A stretch of 64,000 bases of DNA from an uncultured Candidatus Saccharibacteria bacterium (GTDB lineage: Bacteria; Patescibacteriota; Dojkabacteria; SC72). Below the pieces are notes generated by a model. It saw nothing but the letters and a program-made list of their open reading frames with translations, did no database searches and was not told the DNA's origin. The translations under genes and the position numbers were made by a program. The stretch covers positions 5,826 through 69,825 of the forward strand of contig CAZUDZ010000001.1 in the NCBI GenBank assembly GCA_964618765.1, read 5' to 3'. Positions 46,527-54,466 of this stretch are shown piece after piece (positions within the stretch are counted from its first letter, which is position 1; the number at the start of each line of letters is the position of its first letter).

Positions 46527-47634
46527 TTTCCTCTGCTTCCTTTAATAATTGAGTCATGATATCTTCTCTAACACTCTCAATTATCTCCTCTAAATTGCCA
46601 CTTAGGACACTTTCTATATTAAACCAAGATTTTTTAATCCTATGGTCTGTAATACGGTTTTGTGGGAAGTTATATGTTCTAATCTTCTCAGACCTCATAG
46701 CAGATCCGATCATTCCGGATCTTAAGCTATCTCGTTTGGAGGCTTGCTCCTCTTTCTGCTTGTCATAAAGTCGTGCTCTGAGGGTAACCATCGCCTTCTC
46801 TTTATTTTGTGACTGATGTTTAGTTTCTTGGCAGCTTACAACTATCCCTGAAGGGATATGTGTTATTCTTACGGCTGAGTCTGTCTTGTTTACACACTGA
46901 CCTCCTGCACCAGATGCCCTCATTACCTCTATTTTTAAATCTTCAGAATTGATTTGTACATCAACTTCTTTTGCCTCAGGAAGAATAGCTACAGATGCTG
47001 TAGAGGTATGTATCCTTCCAGAAGACTCAGTAGTTGGAACCCTTTGTACTCTGTGTACGCCACTCTCATACTTGAGATCTTTAAACACATTCTTTCCACT
47101 AATATGGGCAACAACCTCTTTGTAACCACCTGACTCTGAGACACTACTATCTATCATCCCTATATCCCATCCCTTTTTAGTGGCATAGTTTTTGTACATC
47201 CTAAAGAGATCCGCAGCAAAAAGAGAAGCTTCATCTCCTCCTGCACCTGCTCGAATTTCTAAGATTGCAGATCTATCATCGTCTTCTTCTTCAAATTGCC
47301 TAGAGATCTTCAACTTCCTAATCTCCTCATCTAGTGATAGGATCTCTTCTTCTAAGCTAGTAAGCTCTTCTAAGGCCATCTCCTTTATATCCGCTGCACT
47401 TTCATTCTCAACCATGTACTGAGCGTCTTTAAAATCCTTGATCTTTTTCTTTATGCTACTAATCTTGTTTGACAACTCTGAGTAGTAAGAGAGATCTTTA
47501 CTTAATTTAGAAATATCATCGGAATTCCCCTTTAAAGTAGCAAGTTCTTCCTCAAACTCTTTTACTTTCTTTTGAGCAGAGTTATCTTCGTATTTTCTTT
47601 CTAATGCAACAATATCCATAGTGGATGATATCAC
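46510..47634 (-). CDS. prfA: Peptide chain release factor 1
   Basis: EIRAGAGGDEA, PTT (PxT) anticodon motif, GGQ, IRTYNFPQ; start may be 47619. Confidence 0.96.
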   Translation of the reverse strand: MISSTMDIVALERKYEDNSAQKKVKEFEEELATLKGNSDDISKLSKDLSYYSELSNKISSIKKKIKDFKDAQYMVENESAADIKEMALEELTSLEEEILSLDEEIRKLKISRQFEEEDDDRSAILEIRAGAGGDEASLFAADLFRMYKNYATKKGWDIGMIDSSVSESGGYKEVVAHISGKNVFKDLKYESGVHRVQRVPTTESSGRIHTSTASVAILPEAKEVDVQINSEDLKIEVMRASGAGGQCVNKTDSAVRITHIPSGIVVSCQETKHQSQNKEKAMVTLRARLYDKQKEEQASKRDSLRSGMIGSAMRSEKIRTYNFPQNRITDHRIKKSWFNIESVLSGNLEEIIESVREDIMTQLLKEAEESEKES

Positions 47635-47657
47635 TTTAAATTACTTAATGGAATTCG

Positions 47658-47996
47658 CTATTTTGAAACTTTTGCGTTTTCTAACATATCTCGTAATGTT
47701 AGAGTAGAAGAGGGCTTACCTGTAGATTCGTCCATTTTCTCTCTTCTTTTTGCCATCTTCTCTTTCTTGCTCTTAAAAGACATCTTTTTAGACTTCTCAA
47801 CTCTCTCTTCATACTTTTTAACAAGGTTGTCTGTATCAACGATCTTTTGCTCACCTGTATAGAATGGGTGACATTTAGAACATACCTCTATATTAAAAGT
47901 GTCCTCTTGTAATGTAGAGCCAGTTTTAAATGTGTTGCCACATGAGCAAACTATTTTTAAGCTTTCATTATACTGTGGATGAATATCTTTCTTCAT
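47658..47996 (-). CDS. rpmE: 50S ribosomal protein L31 (Zn-binding type) with C-terminal extension
   Basis: [24 protein letters not shown]. Confidence 0.95.
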   Translation of the reverse strand: MKKDIHPQYNESLKIVCSCGNTFKTGSTLQEDTFNIEVCSKCHPFYTGEQKIVDTDNLVKKYEERVEKSKKMSFKSKKEKMAKRREKMDESTGKPSSTLTLRDMLENAKVSK

Positions 47997-48131
47997 AACG
48001 AGTGGATTATATCAGAAGGATATTGGAGTGTCTAGCATTAAGTTTTAATTAAATCCTTTTAAGAGGGTGTTTTGATTAAAACAAATTATTATAGGGCTTT
48101 AAGCAAGCTTTCTAAAATGGTATATTCAGAT

Positions 48132-48353
48132 ATGCAATATCCTAAGCATATTCAAAATAGAATCAAGAGAGTAGAAGGGCAGGTAAGTGGTGTAAGGAAA
48201 ATGATTGTTTCCGCAGAGGGTGAAGACAGGATAATGACACAACTTCAGGCTAGTATATCTTCCTTGGAGAGTCTTAAAACGGAGCTGATTAAGCAACAGA
48301 TGAAAGAATCTATGGTTAAAGATGTAAAGAAATCTTTAGGATTGAGTGATTAA
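48132..48353 (+). CDS. CsoR/RcnR-family regulator lacking Cys ligands
   Basis: NRIKRVEGQV.G..KMI, I.TQL.A; ATG at 48132 behind TGGTATATT. Confidence 0.75.
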   Translation: MQYPKHIQNRIKRVEGQVSGVRKMIVSAEGEDRIMTQLQASISSLESLKTELIKQQMKESMVKDVKKSLGLSD

Positions 48354-48429
48354 AAAAATTAACTGCCCCCTGAGATAATTTGATATACTTACTACATATA
48401 TATTTGTATTTTAAAACTTCAAACTAGAT

Positions 48430-49074
48430 ATGAAAATTAGAAAAGTTGGATGGACGAGCTTCTTAATAACGAGTGATAATATCTCAGTAATGACAGATCC
48501 CTTGTTACTATCAGAAATAGGTATTAGTTTTCCTAAGACAAAGGCGGATGTATGCCTTTATACGAACTATTCAAAGAAGATAAAAAATGGAATATTGAAA
48601 GATAACGGATTAAAAGAGAAGGTAGTTGCTGATAGTAGGGAAGAGATTATGGAAATTAGTACTCCCGGAGAATATGAAGTAGGTGGGATAATGATCAGGA
48701 GGGCAATTGGAGAAGATTTCTTCATTATCGATGAAAAAACAACCAGAGTGGTATATATGGGTGGTACAGATCAGAGTTTTGACCCAGAGAAGCTTTCAGA
48801 CCTTGGTGATGTTGATGTTTTGATTGTTCCTGTGGGTGATGGTGTTAACTTCATGAGTTTTGAGAAGATAGAGAGAGTAATTTCTAAAACAGACCCTGCG
48901 ATACTAATCCCTTGCGCATACAAAGAGGAGGGGAATAAAAATCAAGACCTTAGGAGTCGAGAAGAATTCATAAAGCATTTTGGGTTTGTAAACATACGCG
49001 ATGAGAGCTACTTAAATGTTAGCAAGAAAAAGGTAGAAAAAGATCAACAGAGTGTAGAGGTAATATTTTTGTAA
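48430..49074 (+). CDS. MBL-fold (Lactamase_B_3-like) protein lacking HxHxDH
   Basis: G.TSFLI, TDP, PGEYEVGG, GDVDVLIVPVG, P.ILIP. Confidence 0.7.
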   Translation: MKIRKVGWTSFLITSDNISVMTDPLLLSEIGISFPKTKADVCLYTNYSKKIKNGILKDNGLKEKVVADSREEIMEISTPGEYEVGGIMIRRAIGEDFFIIDEKTTRVVYMGGTDQSFDPEKLSDLGDVDVLIVPVGDGVNFMSFEKIERVISKTDPAILIPCAYKEEGNKNQDLRSREEFIKHFGFVNIRDESYLNVSKKKVEKDQQSVEVIFL

Positions 49075-49091
49075 TAAAATAAAAAACAAAC

Positions 49092-50402
49092 ATGGATAAA
49101 GTGCCACCACAAAACATAGAGGTAGAGCAATCCTTACTAGGTTGTATGTTAATAGATAAGGATTCCATTATTTCAGTTTCTGGTTGGCTTCTACCGGACC
49201 ACTTCTATGATGAGCGACATATGCAGATATATTCTAGTATATTAGAACTTTTTAATGAAGGTTTACCTGTAGATCTAATTACCCTAACGGATCAATTGAA
49301 AAAGAGGAAAAAACTTTCCTCCATAGGGGGAAGATCATATATAGCGGATCTTACTACCATGGTAGCTACTTCTGCTCATGCAGAAGAGTACGGTCAAATT
49401 ATCAAAGAAAGCGCAACAAGAAGAGGTTTGATTTCTGCAGCTAGAAACATCACAGAGATGGCCTACAAAGAGTCAGTAAATATTGATGAGGTTATAGATA
49501 GCTCTGAAAGGGAGGTTTTCGATGTGGCACAAAGTGGGACAAGGACTAACTTTGTACATATTAAAGATCTTCTTAAGGATGCATATGAAAGGGCAGAAAG
49601 GGCAGATAAGGATGAAGCGTATTTAGGAATCTCTACAGGATTTAAGGATCTTGATGATCTCTTAGGAGGTTTCCAAAAATCAGACCTTGTTATCCTTGCC
49701 GCAAGACCATCAGTAGGGAAAACAGCTCTTGCATTAGATATGATGAGACACGCAGCATTAGTAGAAGGCAAAACTGTAGCTTTCTTCTCTTTAGAAATGT
49801 CTAAAACACAAATTATGGACAGACTTCTTGGTATGCAATCAGGAATTCCTTTTTGGGAAATTAGAACAGGAAGATTAAGTGACAAGAAATTCATGAAGCT
49901 TGCAGACACAATGGGGGAGTTGGCAGATGGGAATATTTTCATAGATGACCAGGCAGGTCAACATATTAATGCTTTAAGGACAAAGGCTAGAAGATTAGCA
50001 CTTGAAAGAGGTTTGGATATAATATTTGTTGACTATTTACAGTTAATGCATGGTAACAGTAAAGAAAGTAGAACATTGGAAGTCGGAGAGATATCTCAAG
50101 GGCTTAAAAATATTGCTAAAGAGTTAGACATCCCAGTAGTAGGACTATCTCAATTATCCAGAGCGATAGAGCAAAGACAGAGTAGGAGACCTCAACTTTC
50201 GGACTTGAGAGAGTCAGGATCTATAGAGCAGGATGCTGATGTCGTTATGTTTATAGATAGAGAAGAAGTCTGGGACCCAGATACAGATGACAAGGGAACA
50301 GGGGAGTTAATAATAGCAAAACATAGGAATGGGCCTACTGGATATGTAAAACTTGCGTTTGTCAATGAGATCGCTAGCTTTAGGAACCTGTATAAAAAAT
50401 AG
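49092..50402 (+). CDS. dnaB: Replicative DNA helicase (no intein)
   Basis: PPQN.E.EQ, AARPSVGKT, FSLEM, DYLQL, SQLSR, DLRESGSIEQDAD, KHRNGP. Confidence 0.97.
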   Translation: MDKVPPQNIEVEQSLLGCMLIDKDSIISVSGWLLPDHFYDERHMQIYSSILELFNEGLPVDLITLTDQLKKRKKLSSIGGRSYIADLTTMVATSAHAEEYGQIIKESATRRGLISAARNITEMAYKESVNIDEVIDSSEREVFDVAQSGTRTNFVHIKDLLKDAYERAERADKDEAYLGISTGFKDLDDLLGGFQKSDLVILAARPSVGKTALALDMMRHAALVEGKTVAFFSLEMSKTQIMDRLLGMQSGIPFWEIRTGRLSDKKFMKLADTMGELADGNIFIDDQAGQHINALRTKARRLALERGLDIIFVDYLQLMHGNSKESRTLEVGEISQGLKNIAKELDIPVVGLSQLSRAIEQRQSRRPQLSDLRESGSIEQDADVVMFIDREEVWDPDTDDKGTGELIIAKHRNGPTGYVKLAFVNEIASFRNLYKK

Positions 50403-50467
50403 TAAAGCAAACCGTATTTCACAAAATACCCCTCATTAAGGTATAATCCACCAGTACTGTGATTTTA

Positions 50468-50551
50468 GGTCGAGTGGTGGAACTGGCAGACACGCGGGAC
50501 TCAAAATCCCGTGCTAGCGATAGCGTGAGGGTTCAATTCCCTCCTCGACCA
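50468..50551 (+). tRNA. tRNA-Leu(CAA), CCA not encoded
   Basis: GGTCGAG/CTCGACC acceptor, CGGGA-CTCAAAA-TCCCG anticodon arm, long variable arm, GGTTCAATTCC. Confidence 0.96.
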
Positions 50552-50576
50552 TTCTAATTAAATAAAGTTAAATATT

Positions 50577-51335
50577 ATGGAAGAATTTGTTCTTAATCTG
50601 CTTGAAAGTATAGGGAGTATGGATTTTCAGATAGTATGGCAAATTTTTGCCTATGGATTGATTGTCTTCTGGTTTGTAGTTTTGTATTGGGTATGGCTTG
50701 ACTCAGGGGACAGAACATCTAAGAAGTCTGTTAGATGGTTGCTTGTCCTTCTTGTAGCTATTCTAAATGTTGTAGGATTGGTAATATATTTGATAATAAG
50801 GCCCCCTCAAACAATAGAAGAAATATATTGGTCTGATTTAGAAAGAAGATATCTTAAATATGAAACAGCGGAATTAGGAGATTGTCCTAAGTGCGGTTCT
50901 CAACTTTTCCCAGGATTTAATTACTGTCCAAGCTGTAGGTATAAAATAAAAGTAAGGTGTACAAGATGCCAAGTGCTAGTGGACAGGAAGCATAAATTTT
51001 GTCCTCACTGTGGACAAGAGATGAGGAAAAGGAAAAGTTCCGAACAAACATCTCCTACAAAAGAGGTTATGCAACAACAAATAGATGCGACAAAGGAAGA
51101 AGCAAAAGATGTAGTAGAATCTAAGAAAACTAGGTACTCTAGTAAAAAAGGCTTTGCTCTTAGGATAGGGGAATCCGTAGTTGGTGGGTACGAGATTATG
51201 TATACAAAACTGAAGGCTCTCTTTTCCAAATCAAACGATCGTGCTCTTAGTAAAAAATCAGAATCCAAACAACAGGACAAAAAGAAATCAAAAAACAGAG
51301 AGAAGAAAGAGCAATCAAAAAATCATAAAAAATAG
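50577..51335 (+). CDS. Membrane protein with PLDc_N-like TM hairpin and double zinc ribbon
   Basis: WV..D...R..W...V......G..IYL..RP; CPKC/CPSC/CTRC/CPHC. Confidence 0.75.
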   Translation: MEEFVLNLLESIGSMDFQIVWQIFAYGLIVFWFVVLYWVWLDSGDRTSKKSVRWLLVLLVAILNVVGLVIYLIIRPPQTIEEIYWSDLERRYLKYETAELGDCPKCGSQLFPGFNYCPSCRYKIKVRCTRCQVLVDRKHKFCPHCGQEMRKRKSSEQTSPTKEVMQQQIDATKEEAKDVVESKKTRYSSKKGFALRIGESVVGGYEIMYTKLKALFSKSNDRALSKKSESKQQDKKKSKNREKKEQSKNHKK

Positions 51336-51382
51336 CCTATTTGTGTTATCATAAGTTATTGTAATTTAGATTTTAAATCTCG

Positions 51383-52219
51383 GTGTATACAGCCATTTTG
51401 GGAAAATTCCAGGAGATACTAAACAATATAAATCCATTGCTACTGTTTCTTGTTGTAGTCACATTTGGGATGTATGTTTTTTGGAGAGGTTGTATGGAGA
51501 GTAGGAAAAACCCATCCTCCATATACGATACTTTTCTTCTCTCCCTTTTCGGAGGAGTAGTCGTTAGTAGAATTTCCCATATAATATCCAATTGGTCCAG
51601 ATTTTCACCCTACATATGGTATTGGCTACCATACGAGAAGTATGGTGACGAAATACACCTTTTTAGGGTACTTCCTTGGAGATTCCTAAGAGTCTGGGAT
51701 TGGGGGATAGACATATTGGCTCTTTTTCTAGGGTTCCTTTTAATAGCAACCTTTTGGATTTTAGTTGTCAAAAAGTGGAAATGGAGTCATCTTTTCTCAA
51801 CTATCTTCTTTACAGCACAAACTATGCTTGCGATATCATTCGTATTACTAGGTAGTGCCACGAAAAACGAACAGTGGCTTGTACAGGGAGTAATAATGTC
51901 TCTTCTACCAGCAGTACTTCTTTTTCTTAAAAACTCAGTTAAAAGAGTTATGATGGGTAAAAAAGAGAGTAAAGTATTAGCAAGTTTGGATGTTATCTTT
52001 ATTCTCTTAACTTCAGTATTTATCTCTCATACATATCTTACAATAGGTGTTAACAGTGTAGAGAGAATAGAGATAATAACATTCATACTCTGGGTTGCAT
52101 TTGGAATTCTTTATTACCTTCTTGATTTACGCAAGGACAACGTTACCATCGAGAAAGTCTCTTCTGTTAGAATTGTATCCCCCATAGACATTAATCAACC
52201 AATTAAATTACCTAAGTAA
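51383..52219 (+). CDS. Multi-TM membrane protein, distant Lgt-like N-terminus
   Basis: GGVVVSRI.HI..NW and L.VWD.G resemble Lgt GARLxYV / IWxGG; ~7 TMs. Confidence 0.5.
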   Translation: MYTAILGKFQEILNNINPLLLFLVVVTFGMYVFWRGCMESRKNPSSIYDTFLLSLFGGVVVSRISHIISNWSRFSPYIWYWLPYEKYGDEIHLFRVLPWRFLRVWDWGIDILALFLGFLLIATFWILVVKKWKWSHLFSTIFFTAQTMLAISFVLLGSATKNEQWLVQGVIMSLLPAVLLFLKNSVKRVMMGKKESKVLASLDVIFILLTSVFISHTYLTIGVNSVERIEIITFILWVAFGILYYLLDLRKDNVTIEKVSSVRIVSPIDINQPIKLPK

Positions 52220-52222
52220 TCT

Positions 52223-53203
52223 ATGATAGAAATAACGGAGAAACAGCTTAACAAGAGAGTAGATCTTTTCCTACTTGAATATCTAGAAAGTAAAGAGGGG
52301 GAACTGTTTTCCCGGAATTTCCTTGTTAACAATTGGGGTGGAATAATGAAAGTAAATGGGAATAGTGTAAAACAGTCATACAAATTAAAAATGGGAGACA
52401 AGGTAGAGGTAGATATGGAAAAGGTTGAGAAATTAAAAGAGCTCTTAAATAGGACTTCTACAATAGAAGGAGAGAATTCAGCATTAGATATCCTTTTTGA
52501 AAATGAAGATTTTTTGGTAATAGAAAAGCCTAAAGGAATGGTTGTACATCCTGGAATAGGGAATAGAGAAGGAACGCTAGCAAATTATGTAAAAGGATAC
52601 CTTGAGAAGAACGAGGAATTTGACAGTAAGATGAGCAGAGCAGGTTTAGTTCATAGGTTGGACAAGGGGGTTGGAGGTTTAATAGTTTTTGCAAAAAATC
52701 TTTCAACACAAAGATATTTACAAGAGCAATTTGAGAGACACCAAGTAAGGAAGATATATTTGGCTGAAATAGAATTTAAACAGCTTAAAGAAGGATTAGA
52801 TAAGTATTTTCCACAGAAACAGCTAGATATTGATGAGGAGATAAAGAGCCTAGAGGAGGATGACTTTAAACCCGGCAAGAGTTGGTTTAAAGCGGAAGGA
52901 TATATAGCAAGGAGTAAAAGCAATAGGATGAAGATGGAATTTAAAAGATTTGTCGGACGAAACGGAAAGGAAGCGATATCATATATAAAGCCAATAAGTG
53001 AAGAACAAGTGTTAATTGTCATAAAAACAGGAAGAATGCACCAAATCAGAGCTACTTTAGAACATTTTGGGGTAGGAATTAAAGGGGATACTCTTTACGG
53101 TCTTTCCAAAACATCCCTGTTACCAGAGAAGATAGGGTTGAGATCAATATTCTTAGGCTTTAGGGAGGCAAATGGGGAAGAATTTACCATTATTAAGTAT
53201 TAA
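52223..53203 (+). CDS. RluA/RluD family pseudouridine synthase
   Basis: S4-like N-terminus, KPKGMVVHP, VHRLDK, TGRMHQIR, GD.LYG. Confidence 0.92.
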   Translation: MIEITEKQLNKRVDLFLLEYLESKEGELFSRNFLVNNWGGIMKVNGNSVKQSYKLKMGDKVEVDMEKVEKLKELLNRTSTIEGENSALDILFENEDFLVIEKPKGMVVHPGIGNREGTLANYVKGYLEKNEEFDSKMSRAGLVHRLDKGVGGLIVFAKNLSTQRYLQEQFERHQVRKIYLAEIEFKQLKEGLDKYFPQKQLDIDEEIKSLEEDDFKPGKSWFKAEGYIARSKSNRMKMEFKRFVGRNGKEAISYIKPISEEQVLIVIKTGRMHQIRATLEHFGVGIKGDTLYGLSKTSLLPEKIGLRSIFLGFREANGEEFTIIKY

Positions 53204-53212
53204 ATTAGTAGT

Positions 53213-54421
53213 ATGAAGAGAAAGAGAAGGGAGAGAAAAAAGAAAACAAGAAGATTTAAGAAAGATTCTTTTAATTTTAAAAAGTTGCTTTTGCTATTAC
53301 TGCCATTCTTACTCCTAATGTACTTGATATACTCAGTAATTACTCTCTTCGGTATTAAGAGTGTAGATCCTCTTTCTCAAAACATCTCAAGTCAAAGATT
53401 CCTTTCTAATTCAGAGGGTGATCTGGAGAAGACAATATTCATAATAGAAAGAGGTACTGGTGATAAAAGAGCTATTTCCGATGTATATGTTTTCCTTAAC
53501 AATGTTAGGAAAAGTAACTCAATTTTAATATATATCCCTGGAACTATATTCTTCAATGGTTTAGAGGGAGATTTTGGAAGTCCAATTCCAATATCCTCTT
53601 TAAGATATGCGGGAGATTTCTTACAGGAAGACAGGGGGGTGGAATATACCCTTTGGCAGTTAAATGAGATTTTGGGATTCCGAGCAGATACTTATGTGTG
53701 GTTAACAACAGAGGCAAATGAGGTTATGCAGCAGATATATGGAGACCCCACCATTGTCAAAGAGAAATACAAGGAAGGATATACTGTAGAGGAGGATTTC
53801 TCCCTGTCCGATTCTTTACTAAAACTACATGCCATTTCCTCACATTTTTCATACCCAAAGAGCTTATTTAACAGCTCAAAGCTAAAGGAAGTACATGAGC
53901 AGATATACTCTAATCTGAGCTTCCCCAAAGTGCTGTCAAAAATTGCAAGTTTTAAAACCATTGTTAATAGCTCAGAAACCTATGTTATGGATCTCAGTTG
54001 GTCTAAATACGCTACAGAAGAATTTTCAGACCAGGGTGGTCCTATTGCTACAATAAATATAGCTGAGTATGACAAAGCATTAAGAAGACGGCTAGTAGAT
54101 GTTATAGATAGAGATTTAGAAAAGGAGAGAGTCAGGATTGAGGTGTATAACGGAAGTGGAGGTGAAGGAAAAGCTGGTATATACGCCAGAAAGATCTTAA
54201 ATAATGGTTGTGATGTAGTAAGATTCGGGAATGCACCTGATCCTTTAGAGAAAACAAAAGTCTTTATCTCTGATAAGAACGAGTTTGGTGCATCTCTTGC
54301 TGTAGTAGAGGAAGTCCTCTTTGGTAGGTATGAAATTCTTGAGGAAAGACCTTCCTTTATGACAACAGGGGACATTGTCATATTACTAGGGAAAGAGGTT
54401 TTACAATTGGAGATATTTTAA
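53213..54421 (+). CDS. LCP-like protein with LytR_C domain
   Basis: Basic N-terminus + TM; IEVYNGSG..G.A......L...G..V...GNA; DIVILLG. Confidence 0.75.
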   Translation: MKRKRRERKKKTRRFKKDSFNFKKLLLLLLPFLLLMYLIYSVITLFGIKSVDPLSQNISSQRFLSNSEGDLEKTIFIIERGTGDKRAISDVYVFLNNVRKSNSILIYIPGTIFFNGLEGDFGSPIPISSLRYAGDFLQEDRGVEYTLWQLNEILGFRADTYVWLTTEANEVMQQIYGDPTIVKEKYKEGYTVEEDFSLSDSLLKLHAISSHFSYPKSLFNSSKLKEVHEQIYSNLSFPKVLSKIASFKTIVNSSETYVMDLSWSKYATEEFSDQGGPIATINIAEYDKALRRRLVDVIDRDLEKERVRIEVYNGSGGEGKAGIYARKILNNGCDVVRFGNAPDPLEKTKVFISDKNEFGASLAVVEEVLFGRYEILEERPSFMTTGDIVILLGKEVLQLEIF

Positions 54422-54466
54422 CTATATAATTTGCTTAAAACCTATTTTTCATCTAAAATTTCCATT

